A stretch of 63,701 bases of DNA, filler included, from Octopus bimaculoides (lineage: Eukaryota): NCBI RefSeq assembly GCF_001194135.2. It is 11 parts of 11 records of this genome, joined end to end, with 100 filler letters (N's around TTAATTAATTAA, not from the genome) between each part and the next. Parts side by side here need not be neighbours in the genome. Positions count along the whole stretch, not along the records: positions 22,714 to 42,656 come from NC_069002.1; 10 more parts are not named here. One strand, 5' to 3'. The translations under genes and the position numbers were made by a program. A model generated the notes under the pieces. That model saw only the letters and a program-made list of their open reading frames with translations, made no database searches and had not been told where the DNA came from. Positions 22,853 through 36,118 of this stretch are shown here, one piece after another. Positions within the stretch are counted from its first letter, which is position 1; each line of letters opens with the position of its first letter.

Positions 22853-23030
22853 GTTTTATTCACTTAGTTTTACATGTTTACACATTTATCGCATTGAAAA
22901 TATTCTCCATGTGAAGCAATTCATGGTCCATATGTCTTTTCCCCTGTTCGGAGCAGTGATGTAACTCTTGCAAAGCTATGCCTTTCAATGCCTCCGTCAC
23001 ATTTCTTTCTTCTTCGTCTGCAAATTCCGT
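22853..23030 (-). mobile_element. Mariner 3' fragment, same family as 202-1540
   Basis: TTTTATTCACTTAGTTTTACATGTTTACAC shared with 244-271; EFADEEERNVTEALKGIALQEL. Confidence 0.8.
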
Positions 23031-23854
23031 AGCAACAGAAACCTGTATTACCCAATATTCTAAAGTACTATGCATATCACACACACACACACACACACAC
23101 ATACGCACACACACACACACATACTCACACACACACACACGCACATGTATATACGAAGATATAACAAAGAATGGAGATTTTTATACGTTTAATTTTGTGG
23201 GGTTTTTTTCGGCATATACTTTTCCGGCACGTCTTTCTTCTGCGTAAGTATTTGAAAGTATTTTAGATGTGATAGCTCTGTGCATGAAATCCATTTATAT
23301 TAAATCAATCAATTCTAGTGCAAATTCAGATCCAAAGATTGACATTCTCATTTTTCCTTTTTTCCAACCCTAACCCCGTACAGGTGAATGAAGAGAACTG
23401 AAACTTTTAGTATTAAAGATAAGTCTATATNNNNNNNNNNNNNNNNNNNNNNNNNNNNNNNNNNNNNNNNNNNNNNNNNNNNNNNNNNNNNNNNNNNNNN
23501 NNNNNNNNNNNNNNNNNNNNNNNNNNNNNNNNNNNNNNNNNNNNNNNNNNNNNNNNNNNNNNNNNNNNNNNNNNNNNNNNNNNNNNNNNNNNNNNNNNNN
23601 NNNNNNNNNNNNNNNNNNNNNNNNNNNNNNNNNNNNNNNNNNNNNNNNNNNNNNNNNNNNNNNNNNNNNNNNNNNNNNNNNNNNNNNNNNNNNNNNNNNN
23701 NNNNNNNNNNNNNNNNNNNNNNNNNNNNNNNNNNNNNNNNNNNNNNNNNNNNNNNNNNNNNNNNNNNNNNNNNNNNNNNNNNNNNNNNNNNNNNNNNNNN
23801 NNNNNNNNNNNNNNGAAAACAGCAAAATAATAATGATGGCAATAATGAAAATTA

Positions 23855-23907
<53 letters not shown>

Positions 23908-24149
23908 CTGGGAGAGAACAACGATTATTTCATTTAAGGATCGAGAAATTCGCAAGAATGCCCTGATCGAATTATTTACTCTCTGGATTGAGATTTATTT
24001 CTTCCGTTTGTAAAAAAATTATCCTATATTGTGCAGTCTGTGTGAGCCTATGTATGAGTCTATATGTTAGTCAATGTGTGAGTCTGTATGTTGAAATCTC
24101 ATGTTGTGTTCAGTACAGAAATATATGTTTGCACGTCACCATATATTAT

Positions 24150-25168
24150 CTTTCTCTGCATGTCCTTATGAACTGCTCACTATATATCATGCTATTTTCT
24201 CGTTCTTTCTTGGGTTTTTTTTCGCTCACACTTTCCATCTTCTTTCTCTATCCCTCTTTGGCTCCCTAAATTGTTTTTGACCGTATCTAAATATGTATAT
24301 CTCTTTACTATCTCTTTCCTTTTTCTCTTAAACATCCTCCATCAATGCCGTCTTCATTCTTTACCAAACCACAGTTCTCTAAATCATCTTCTCTTTCATT
24401 CCGTCTTAATTACATTATACATTCCTTCTCATTGTCTCTCTCTTCCCCACTTTCTTTCTCACTTTCTCTCTATCTCTCTCTTCATCTCTCTCTTTCAATC
24501 TCATTTTTTTTATATTCTTAGACTCATGTCCTTTTGCTTCTTTCCATCGTCTGCTTTTAAGCATTTCTCACTGCGTGTGTTGTTCTCTCTCTCACTCATG
24601 TTGTTTCTTCCGTTTTCTTCGACTCCATCTCTATTTTTCTCTCTTGCTTCTCCTCTATCTCTGCCCCTCTCTCACTCTCTTTCTCTTTCCCTCTCTCCCA
24701 TGCGCACGCACATATTTCTACGCTCACGCTCTTCCACACGTACACTACATTTCTCTTAATCTATAGCTTTCCAATATTCTCCAGCGTACGGCACTCCCCC
24801 TCTTTCTCTGACTGTCCTCTCTCTTTCTCCCTGCATATATATATATATATATANNNNNNNNNNNNNNNNNNNNNNNNNNNNNNNNNNNNNNNNNNNNNNN
24901 NNNNNNNNNNNNNNNNNNNNNNNNNNNNNNNNNNNNNNNNNNNNNNNNNNNNNNNNNNNNNNNNNNNNNNNNNNNNNNNNNNNNNNNNNNNNNNNNNNNN
25001 NNNNNNNNNNNNNNNNNNNNNNNNNNNNNNNNNNNNNNNNNNNNNNNNNNNNNNNNNNNNNNNNNNNNNNNNNNNNNNNNNNNNNNNNNNNNNNNNNNNN
25101 NNNNAGGCAGAATACCCGTCTTTCTTTTTCCTTATCGCTTTTTATCCATCTCCCTCTCACTCTGCATT

Positions 25169-25216
<48 letters not shown>

Positions 25217-25678
25217 CGTACCTACCTCTCTCTTTTCTTTCCCTCCCTCTACGTATACATCTCACTCACTCAATATAAATCTCTCGCATGCATTCTCTCT
25301 CTTCACTATCAACACACTCTCTCTTTGCTCTCACTCTTCTTTTCTCTCTCTCTTTTCTTTCATTCTCTTCCCCAGTCACCTCCCCTCCTTTTCGTCTTCA
25401 GTCCCCTTCTCTTCCACCTTTCTTTATTTCTCTTTCCTTATTTCAAACATATTCTCCTTTTCTCTCCCTTTACAACCCCACACATTCTCTCCCTCCTCTT
25501 ACCATCTCTTCCCCTCCCTCCCTCCATTCTCACTCACTTATTCAGATACATTTACTCACACCACCCCTAAACATTTCTCCTCTCACCTTCTTACAATCGA
25601 TCCCGCAAAATTCAATGAATGTTATATCGTTAACTCAGTCTCTCTTTCCGAACCTATCTATCTCCCTCTCTTTCTTTT

Positions 25679-25715
<37 letters not shown>

Positions 25716-25870
25716 CTTCTCTCCCACCCTCCTCTCACTATATATGGTTCCTATTCTTCCTCTGTATTACTCTCCACCTCCCGCTATTCCTCTCTATCTC
25801 CCAATCACCTTTGTTCCTTACTATCCTTTCTTTATCTCTGGTTTCTTCCTCTCCGCTAGAAGGTATCTCC
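24150..25870. repeat. Long pyrimidine-rich (CT) low-complexity tract
   Basis: Strong C/T skew on + strand with (CT)n runs, one internal gap. Confidence 0.85.
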
Positions 25871-27104
25871 TATAAATAAAATACCTATAAGTACTTGACA
25901 AATTTTGATGTAATTACTTATCGATATTTTCTACCGTTTCCTTGCAGATCCAAACCAATGAATAATGCCTGAAGCTTGTCACAAACGAAAGCAAACGAAG
26001 AAACCAAAAAAAAAAAAAAAGAAACAACTACAGCAAAAAATTTTTCTCCCTCTAATTTTATCTTTATTTTTCAAAGATCGCATACGAACCGAAGAATAAT
26101 TAGAGTAGGATTTGAAAGAAACTACGAAACAACGATACAAGAATATCAAGCAAGAAGAAGACAAAAAATTCTAAACGAAATAGCATCGCATAAAACTCAG
26201 CAAAAGATAGATACGAAAACATAGAAGTGAAAATGGATTTGTAAAAAGAAAATAAAAACACGAACAAATAAATGAAAGTGTAAAAGAAATGTCTCCGTGA
26301 CAAATTTGATGGATGATGTTAGTAGAAAAATAACAATATGGCGGCAATTTCATGTAATGGCGGTTGTAGGTGTATCTGTTTTTTTTTTTTTGGTTGTTGT
26401 GACTTCAATGTAATTATATAATGAATATACAAAGACAGAAACGGGGGAAATAATGATCAAATAAAAGGATGAGTGTACGCCGGATTGAAATGGCAACAAC
26501 TTTGTCAACAACTGGACAAACTCTGTACATGTTTGTATGCTGATATGCGTGTGTATATGTGTGTGTGTATGTGTGTGTGTATATATGTGTGTGTGTGTAT
26601 AAATATATACTTGTATAGTTGTGTGTGTGCTGCATTGCGGTCTTTCGACGATAAGATACGTGCATTTGGGTATTTTTTTCTAATATAGCGACTTGTTCAA
26701 CTAGGCGAATTATTTTCTGCTGACTGAATATCGATGCACCTGGACATCCAACAGGTGTGTATACATTTAACATACTTCTAGGGCAGAATCAGCCTACCGC
26801 AATTACATAAAACAGGAACTACAGGTAAAGTTCACCAAAGGAACATCTAATCAGTTTCTATTTACACAACATTGCCCATGCGGCTTAGGTTCAATGAAGG
26901 CCGCAGAAAATGTTATCAAGCAGTGGGACCGAACACGGGCCTTATAGGTGTGAAGCCAACGTCTTCGCTATCCTGCCATTCTTTGCACACACAAGTGCAC
27001 GCACAGACACAAGTGCACACACAGACACAAGTGCACACACACACACACACAAGTGGACGCACGCACACACACACAAACATATACATATATGTACAAATAT
27101 ATTT

Positions 27105-27259
27105 GTATGATAAGAAGTTTGCTTCCGAAACACATGATTCGAGGTTCAGTCCCACTGTGTGGCCCCTTGGGCAAGTGTCTTCTGCTATAGCCTCGGGCCA
27201 GCCAAAGCCTTGTGAGTGGATTGATGGACGGAAACTGAAAGAAACCTGTCGTATATGTG

Positions 27260-27292
<33 letters not shown>

Positions 27293-27540
27293 ATGTGTGT
27301 GTGTGTGTGCATGTGTGTGTATTTGTGTGTTTGTGTCTGTGCTTGTTCGCCAACCATCGCTTAACAACCGATGCTGGTGTGTTTACGTTCCGGTACTATA
27401 GCAGTTCGGCGAAATGTTACCGATAGAATAAGTACCAGAATTACAAAGTATAAGTCCAGGGGTCGATTTCTTCAACTAAATGTCAGTGCTCCAGCATTGT
27501 CTCAGTCAAAATTACTGAAACAAGAAACGAATAAAAGAAT
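27105..27540 (+). mobile_element. SINE family A, nearly full length
   Basis: B box GGTTCAGTCCC, core CCTTGGGCAAGTGTC, (TG)n, tail ending ATAAAAGAAT. Confidence 0.9.
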
Positions 27541-27594
27541 ATATTTATATATACATACATATGTACGTTCTTATACACACACACACATGTGTGC

Positions 27595-27628
<34 letters not shown>

Positions 27629-27682
27629 GTGTGTGTGTGTATGTATATATATACATGTAATATATATGTATATATATACTAT

Positions 27683-27781
<99 letters not shown>

Positions 27782-28169
27782 TTATATATGGATGAATGTT
27801 GAATGTACGTATGTATAAAGTCATTAACGAGAATGAAGGACAACACATATCTTAAATTCAGAATTACAGCATACTAAAAGCCAACACACGTTTCTTTTCT
27901 GTAGGCATTTTTGGAATGTAATATCGTAATGGTAAAATATACAATGCAGTCAATAATGAATAGATCCTAATATCAGATACATATCCCAAATTTTATCTCA
28001 ACCTAATTTTGTCNNNNNNNNNNTATGTATATATATATGTGTACATATACATATATGTATATATGTGTGTGTCCTTATATATATATATATATATGTATAT
28101 GCATATATATATCTGCATATGTATATATATATGTGTACATATACATATATGTATATATGTGTGTGTCCT

Positions 28170-28206
<37 letters not shown>

Positions 28207-28978
28207 ATTTATGTGTTTGTTTGTTTGTTTGTGTGTGTGTGCGTGTAATAATGTAATAAGAATTTACAAATCCAAGCATATATTTTTGTTCTGTCTTCCT
28301 ACATTTTCTAACCTTATATTTAATTAGGTTCGTGTATTATATATTCCGAAAGAACTACTAATTTTTCCAAGCTTTTATGACGCTATAACTAAGCATTTAC
28401 AAAATACGCCATGTTTCTCGAAACAAGCTTTCAGGGTCTTTTTATGCTCTAGATATACTTAAAAAAAGAAAAAAAACAAGGACCGTGGACACTGACGAAA
28501 ATAAATATTAATAATAATAACAATAATAATAATAATAATAACAATAATAATAATAATGGAACGAGAACAAGAAAACCAATATCTCCTTCCTCCATAATTA
28601 ACCCATAATTAATGCAGCTAGTGTAGAACAGAATAACAAAAAATATATCAAAGTAGGTGAGACAGCAACTCAAGCCGGAGTGGGTGTTGTTCTCCACGTA
28701 ATGAAACTGTTAGTAGCTCTTTGGGCTGTCCATTTAATTGAGATTTATCTCTCATTTGATGGGGAACATTTTTTTTTCGGGGNNNNNNNNNNGGCGCTCA
28801 TTCTGCCTATTTAGGATGTATGAACTATGAACTCATTACGTCTGAAATTTCAAATAATATTTCGTATTTTATCGTATATATCGTTGCAACAGTTGCAGAT
28901 GTTTTCGCTGTTGTTTATTCATGTCTTAAGCGCAATAAGATTGAACACATCTATAATCATACTATTCGTAACCATTTC

Positions 28979-29324
28979 TCTTTTACTCTTTTACTTGTTT
29001 CACTCATTTGACTGTGGCCATGCTGGAGGACAGCCTTTAGTAGAGCAAATCGACCCCAGGACTTATTCTTTGTAAGCCTAGTTCTTATTCTATCGGTCTG
29101 GGGGAACAAACACAGACACACAAACATATACACACACATACATATATATACATATATACGATGGGCTTCATTCAGTTTCCGTTCTCGAAATCCACTCACA
29201 AGGCTTTGGTCGGCCCGAGTCTATAGTAGAAGACACTTGCCCAAAGTGCTACGTAGTGGAACTGAACCCGGAACCATGTGGTTCGTAAGAAAGCTACTTA
29301 CCACATAGCCTCTCCTGCGCCTAT
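28979..29324 (-). mobile_element. SINE family A with internal deletion
   Basis: Tail, microsatellite, core, head ending CCTGCGCCTAT. Confidence 0.9.
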
Positions 29325-29398
29325 TATTATAATTTAATATTAGGATGTATGTTTTCGTCAAAGAATAAAGGAAAAAAGGATCTTGAAAAAATATTGAA

Positions 29399-29701
29399 TG
29401 CGCAGGCGTGCCTGTGTGTTAAGGAGCTTGCTTCTCAACCACATGGCTGCGCGTGACACCTTAAGCTTGTTTCTTCTACTTAAACCACAAGTCGACTAAA
29501 GCCTTGTGAGTAGATGTGGTAGTTGGAAACTGAAACAAGCCTGTCGTGTATATATTTATGTGTGTGTGTGTTTGTGTTTATCCACTCCCTACCATCACTT
29601 GGCAACCGACGGTGGTGTGTTTACGTCACCGTAAATTAGTGGTTCGGCAAAAGAAACTGATAGAATAAGTACCAGACTTGCAAGTAAATGAATAAAAGAA
29701 T
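29399..29701 (+). mobile_element. SINE family A, diverged, head-to-head with 28979-29324
   Basis: GCAGGCGTGCCTGTGTGTTAAG head, AAAGCCTTGTGAG core, partial tail. Confidence 0.8.
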
Positions 29702-30203
29702 GCTATATTTACAATTTAATCAGAATAATCGTCTACAAAATAATTCACTCAAATCTTGATAAACTGCAACCAAATTTCGGTTCCCGATTTGTACCGTATC
29801 TCTCAACGTTTATAGAGACAACGAAACGTTTTTGATGAAAATTTAATCTGTAGTTGTTATATACTATTATGAATCCCGACATTCTTGTTTTTCTATCATA
29901 AGATCCTACGTAAATAATTGAGGTCTTTTCAATGTTAACATCACCACTGATATGTCCAAATAGATTTGCAACATATTTTACAGTAAGTCACCACCAACAG
30001 AGAGGAAACAGTGGCAACAAAGGAAGGAAGCAGTCATGTGTAAGTTTAGATGATGTTCAATATCACATGTCGTTCGACAACCCAACCTGACACCGTTAAA
30101 AGTCTGAAACAGTCGAAAAACACTGAGGCTGTGGCAAACTACAGTCGTACACATTCATTTAGAACCTCTTTCTCTCATGTGTAAATATCACAAAATTGTT
30201 ATG

Positions 30204-30762
30204 ATTTAAGAAAAAAGGTTCTTCTCTCTATCTGGTGGGATTTCGAAGGAGTAATTCACTTTGAATTGTTACCACCTAATGCAAAAGTCAATGCTCAAGT
30301 CTACTGTCAGCAATTAGAGCGTTTAAACCAAACTTTGAAGAAAAAAAAGACCCGCTTTAGTGAATCGAAAAGGAGTGATGTTTCATCAGGGCAATGCACG
30401 ACCCCACACTGCTAAGATAACATCACAGAAGATCGAAGAGCTTGGTTGGGAAAAAATTCCTCATCCACCTTATTCTCCCGACCTTGCTCTTTCAGACTAT
30501 TATTTGTTTCGAAGTTTACATAATCATTTGGGGACATAAATTTCGCAGGTCAAGAGGAGGGCGAAACTGACATTTCAGAGTTCTTCGCTTTGAAACCAAA
30601 AGTGTTTTACATTGATGAGATTAAACAGTTTGTAAATAGATGGAAGGAGGTCATAGATAATCAAGGAAAGTGCATTGATGATTAAATTTCAATTAAATAT
30701 AACATTTGATCACTTGTTTTCTTTATTCAAAATTCGGACAGAACTTATGGGATGACCTGATA
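30204..30762 (+). mobile_element. Mariner transposase 3' half and right TIR (third lineage)
   Basis: KKVLLSIWWDFEGVIHFELLP...FHQGNARPHTAK...IPHPPYSPDLALSDYYLFRSL...VNRWKEVIDNQGKCIDD* with two frameshifts; second catalytic D appears as G; ends GATGACCTGA|TA. Confidence 0.92.
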
Positions 30763-30768
30763 TATATG

Positions 30769-30825
<57 letters not shown>

Positions 30826-30963
30826 NNNNNNNNNNNNNNNNNNNNNNNNNNNNNNNNNNNNNNNNNNNNNNNNNNNNNNNNNNNNNNNNNNNNNNNNNNN
30901 NNNNNNNNNNNNNNNNNNNNNNNNNNNNNNNNNNNNNNNNNNNNNNTATATATATAAGATACA

Positions 30964-31006
<43 letters not shown>

Positions 31007-31633
31007 GTTGATTGAAATAGATGGCTCTGGTGGATAGTTTATCACTTTTGGAAGCAGCAAACAGTTCCCATCAGTGCATCTACTTTGGATGTGAATCCGG
31101 AAGATTACAGTCGTTTCTTGGCATAAACATCCTGATAACTAGTTACACATGAGCAGCTGACTGATCGTAAAACAGGAATCATATTCTGTTCGTCCGTATC
31201 TTTGATTCTGCAAGGGCAGGAAATTTTGCTGATATATGATATTTGGTGCTTGGTGCGAAGTTACAAGAAGAAAAAAAAGAGGAAATAAGAAAGCAATCGG
31301 TTTCGAAGCGACTAGATTTCAATTGTCTTGGAGTGCATTATTTATTGCCTTCATTTTTTTTTCTTACATTTTTCTTTCCTTTTTAAATAAGATACAGCGC
31401 CATCTTGGGAGCACATTTTGATGCTTTAAGCTCTTTCAATATATAATGATAAAGTATGTCTATTCAAGTAACTTCCAATGATTTACGCTGAAAGTATTCT
31501 AAATAAAGTGCATGAAATAGATAAAGGATGCTGTAGTTATGGAGCTGGAGTTAGTCACTAAAGATTTCGCTGTCTCTATGCGTATACCTATGTACATATA
31601 TGTACAGATATATGTAATATGTATAAAACATGG

Positions 31634-31681
<48 letters not shown>

Positions 31682-32387
31682 AATATATATATTGATATAN
31701 NNNNNNNNNNNNNNNNNNNNNNNNNNNNNNNNNNNNNNNNNNNNNNNNNNNNNNNNNNNNNNNNNNNNNNNNNNNNNNNNNNNNNNNNNNNNNNNNNNNN
31801 NNNNNNNNNNNNNNNNNNNNNNNNNNNNNNNNNNNNNNNNNNNNNNNNNNNNNNNNNNNNNNNNNNNNNNNNNNNNNNNNNNNNNNNNNNNNNNNNNNNN
31901 NNNNNNNNNNNNNNNNNNNNNNNNNNNNNNNNNNNNNNNNNNNNNNNNNNNNNNNNNNNNNNNNNNNNNNNNNNNNNNNNNNNNNNNNNNNNNNNNNNNN
32001 NNNNNNNNNNNNNNNNNNNNNNNNNNNNNNNNNNNNNNNNNNNNNNNNNNNNNNNNNNNTCTTGTACGCATGTATGTATGTATGTATGTATGTATGCATG
32101 TATGTATGTATGTATGTATGTATGTATGTATGTATGTACGTATGCATGTATGTATGTATGTATGTATGTGCGTATGTATGTATTCACAAACATTCGTGCA
32201 CAGACACAAACACACTTACATTTATTGTGGGAGAAAAGGATGGTGAGAGTGTTTAAATGGAAAAGGGACAGAAGGAAGATATGGCGATGTCTTATAGTGG
32301 AATGGTTTCAAGGTAAAGCTAGAATATACAAGCAAGTTGGTTAAGGTGAAGGATCAAATCTTTCTTCTTATCTTGAATTCCTTGCAG

Positions 32388-32435
32388 GCTGAATCGATTT
32401 GGAAAAAAATATCTGGAATATTTCCCTGCAGAATG
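32388..32435 (+). CDS. Candidate 48-nt internal exon, product unknown
   Basis: Acceptor CTTTCTTCTTATCTTGAATTCCTTGCAG, donor ATG|GTAAAA; open as LNRFGKKYLEYFPAE or AESIWKKISGIFPCRM; no homology recognised. Confidence 0.25.
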
Positions 32436-32854
32436 GTAAAACATTCCTTTTGGTGCATGGATAAACACTGGCCTCTCACACTTCTGCTGTCCGAAAAGTG
32501 TATTTACCACTTCAATGAAAACACATTATCTAAACAATTAGTGAGTAAAAACTTCCATTGATATATTCATGTCCAAATCCAGAGGACTAACGAAGTTATC
32601 AGAATCAGCAACATAATCTAAAGAGTTCATCGAAACACTTATTTGGTAAAATATCTTTCAATATTTTAAAATCTAAAACCAGAACACTAAAGATGGCATC
32701 TTCACCGTTGTCGTCGTCGTCATCATTATCAGCAGCAGCAGCAGGTTACTAGAAACAATAGATCTTATCCAAGCAATTAGTTGGTAAGAACTGCCTTTAT
32801 AACGTTTAAATCTAAAGGAAGTCATTCTCATATCAACTGATCAAAATTTCTGCT

Positions 32855-32912
32855 GGTGCTCCAGCATGGCTACAGTCAAATGACTGAAAGAAGTGAATGA
32901 ATAAAAGAATAA
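32855..32912 (+). mobile_element. Isolated SINE-A/CR1-type 3' tail
   Basis: GGTGCTCCAGCATGGCTACAGTCAAATGACTGAAAGAAGT...ATAAAAGAAT. Confidence 0.8.
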
Positions 32913-33243
32913 TATATATATGACGCGAACTGGTGTGAATTTGATCGTTAATAATAAGAAATGAAAGCAAGGAATACTTGTTTTATCTTTTATTCGGTCT
33001 CCTCATGAATTATATTCTGAACTAATTCTGGAAACAACGGAAGAAAATTTCTGAAGTGGGGCTTTTGTATTCAAAAGAGAAATAGAGTAGCCTGGGTTAG
33101 TTAGAAATTGAATTTGAAACAAAATCTTCAATCAATAAAAATTATCCATGAAATTAGTAAACTTTTTCTAATTTGTATTACTTGTATTTTCTAAAACTGT
33201 CCACTTTCTGATCTTATTTGAAACGTCTGCCTAAATTCCATTA

Positions 33244-33350
<107 letters not shown>

Positions 33351-35496
33351 CACAGACACACATACACACTCACACACACACACAAGATAGAGATTCGCTT
33401 AACATCACGAAGTTTTTCGAATATATTTCATAGGTAATGCCCAGCCTTATTTGTGCTTAGTATACATGGCGGGCACAAAAAAATTAACCGGCGTTATTAT
33501 GTTGGTCATTATACACGGTACCTTATATGTAGCAAGATTAATTCAATTTAAAAATATCCTTTTACGGAAAACATTAGTATTCGCAAATAACGTAACTACT
33601 CCCGTTGTGCACAATATATGTATTTTTTCTAGATAATGTGGGCATAATATTTAAGTTAAAATTAGGTGTATTTTCAAAATAAGATCTAATATTCACTGAT
33701 CAGATGGAGTTCGTCTATGTGCTTTCACAAGGAGCTTCAAATAGCAACCAAAAGTTCTCCCTATTAAAGCCTAACATCTTTAAGACACAGGGTGTAATTT
33801 TGTTCTGAGAGTTTCTCACTAAAGATAGGTTGTCCCATTTTTACGTTATATACACATATATAAGTATACATACATAGAATGCTGTAGGCACCCGTTAAAC
33901 TCGTGGTACAAATGAAATGCACAGGGGTATGCGTGCGCGGTGTGTGTCTATATGTGTGTGTGTGTGCTTGACTGTGTTCTGCCGCATTTCTGCCTACTAA
34001 ATTCCACTAACAAAGTCTTTATTAGACAACTGGACAGTACGAAAGACTACAATTACCAAATGCGCTGCGCATTTGACTAGAAACTGGTACCATTTGGCTA
34101 GCGAGTCGAAACTCTGAACCATCCAATTATGACTGAGCTGAAACACCATGCCTTTGTTTTATTTATCCACTACTTGGCTGCCTCGCAGCCATAATAAACG
34201 TTGCATTATATAACTTGTAATAGATATGACAACTCGGTGATAGCTTTCTCATCCGTATTGCATACGACTCTGTCACAAAGACGTATCATTATTCTATAAT
34301 ATATCTAATTCTTATATCATTCTGTACCATTTTCCAGTTTTCTCTCGTCTTCTCATTCTTTATTTACGTGTGTTCATTGACTGACACTTTCGTTGAAATA
34401 TCAAGTTAAAGACTGGCGTATTATAATTCATATCCCGATATATAGTAATCGCCGAAGCTAGTTATGTATTGTTATGCTATACTTCGTTCAAATTACTTGA
34501 TTATAGCATATATTCGTTCCCCTCGTATTAACTTGCTTCTATCGTATTAGTGTCAACGAAGAAATATCAATTAAATTTTCTCCGTAAGCTTATAGTACGT
34601 CCTGCTTTTAATGTATTTTTATTACTCTTGCAGCTATACCAACAGTTCTGTATCTAAAATCTTTCAATTCTATGTCAGCGGCATAAAATGAAATGTATAG
34701 CAGCTGGACCTCTACTCGAATTCTTAATAGCAAAAGCATTCCCACCTTTGTTCCACTGTTTCATTGCTTAAGTCACTTAAATTTTATACGACCTTACGCT
34801 GCAAGTTTGAAACGTAGAAGAGAGAATGCTCACCACTGGAAACATTTGTAACATTACACAAGTAGGGAAGAAAACAAAAGAAAAAAAGTATTGTCAACCA
34901 GTTAAAGCTGGTGAAAAAGATGATGTTACGGAGTGGTACTGTCGAAGTAGACAGCGTGATACGATAAGCGATGTGCAAGAGCAACGAGCGGGATACATGA
35001 TACGATGAAGGATGGATAGAGCGATAGATCGAAATGTGTAGCGTTATGTATACAATCAAGAATGTATACTTTAAACCACGTGATTAAATTCTAAAGGCAT
35101 ACACTTCCTGAATGTTAAGAGAATGCAGTTCATGCACTTTTATAAGGTAATTGGGTTTTAATTAAGGGAAGTAAACTTCAGATTGTACTTAATTTTTACA
35201 GAATGTGATCATATTCTATACATTTTTTTTTTAATGCAACAGGATTATATTTTGAGGTATGCATTTCCTAATTGTTTTAGAGGATGTAGTTCAACAAATA
35301 CTGTTTGTTAGTGAACGGTTCTGTTTTACAGATAATTAGTGTACTGTTGCTTCATTGAAAAAGTATGTAATTCCTGCCTTTTGTCTATATTTTCTCTACG
35401 GAATGTTTCTATTTAACAACCAAACACTTCCTACTTGTTTTTAGAGAGTATGATCCGATGTGTAGTTCAAGATTTTACAAATAAACTAAAAACAAA

Positions 35497-35907
35497 AGAA
35501 CGCTCAATTTTAGAGGCATGCGCCACCAGAGTTTTATTGTTATATGGTGAGAATTCGGTGCCATATATAGGTTTAAAACAAAAGACAGATAGCTGAAGTA
35601 ACAACAAACAAAGTGTATTCGTTTGACGTTAAGGGAAAATGGACGTTTCGAGCCTACGCACTTCTACATAAAGGAATACGGAAAAAAAAAGACGGACAGA
35701 GGAAAAAACACGGACAGAAAAAAGGTGTCGGGATAAATGATGGCACACACACACACACACACACACACGCGTGGTTCTTGACTTTTTCATGAAAATATGT
35801 TTTTCTACACACCTTTGACGACAGAACGCTCAATTTTAGAGGCATGCACCACCAGAATTTCCATTGTTATATGGAGAGAATTCAGTGCCATATATAGGTT
35901 TAAAACA
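35497..35907. repeat. ~85-bp imperfect direct repeat pair (35497-35581 and 35823-35907)
   Basis: AGAACGCTCAATTTTAGAGGCATGC...GTGCCATATATAGGTTTAAAACA occurs twice. Confidence 0.9.
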
Positions 35908-36011
35908 GAACGGTTGTTTCAGAGTCATCCACACCCTGACTTTTTCAGAAGAATAGATTATACATGTATTGTTTAAAACATAAGGATCCATATTAAATTC
36001 AGCCGGTTGCA

Positions 36012-36118
<107 letters not shown>

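Noticed and set aside
25288-25875. 195-aa S/L/P/F-rich ORF and similar at 24271-24759
   Set aside because: Product of the CT-rich tract, which lacks stop codons
29705-30200. Extension of the 30204 mariner upstream (SRFVPYL, RKQW)
   Set aside because: Motif resemblance too weak to set boundaries by eye
32388-32435. Myosin 'SSRFGK' motif similarity of the candidate exon
   Set aside because: Only RFGK matches; too short to support homology
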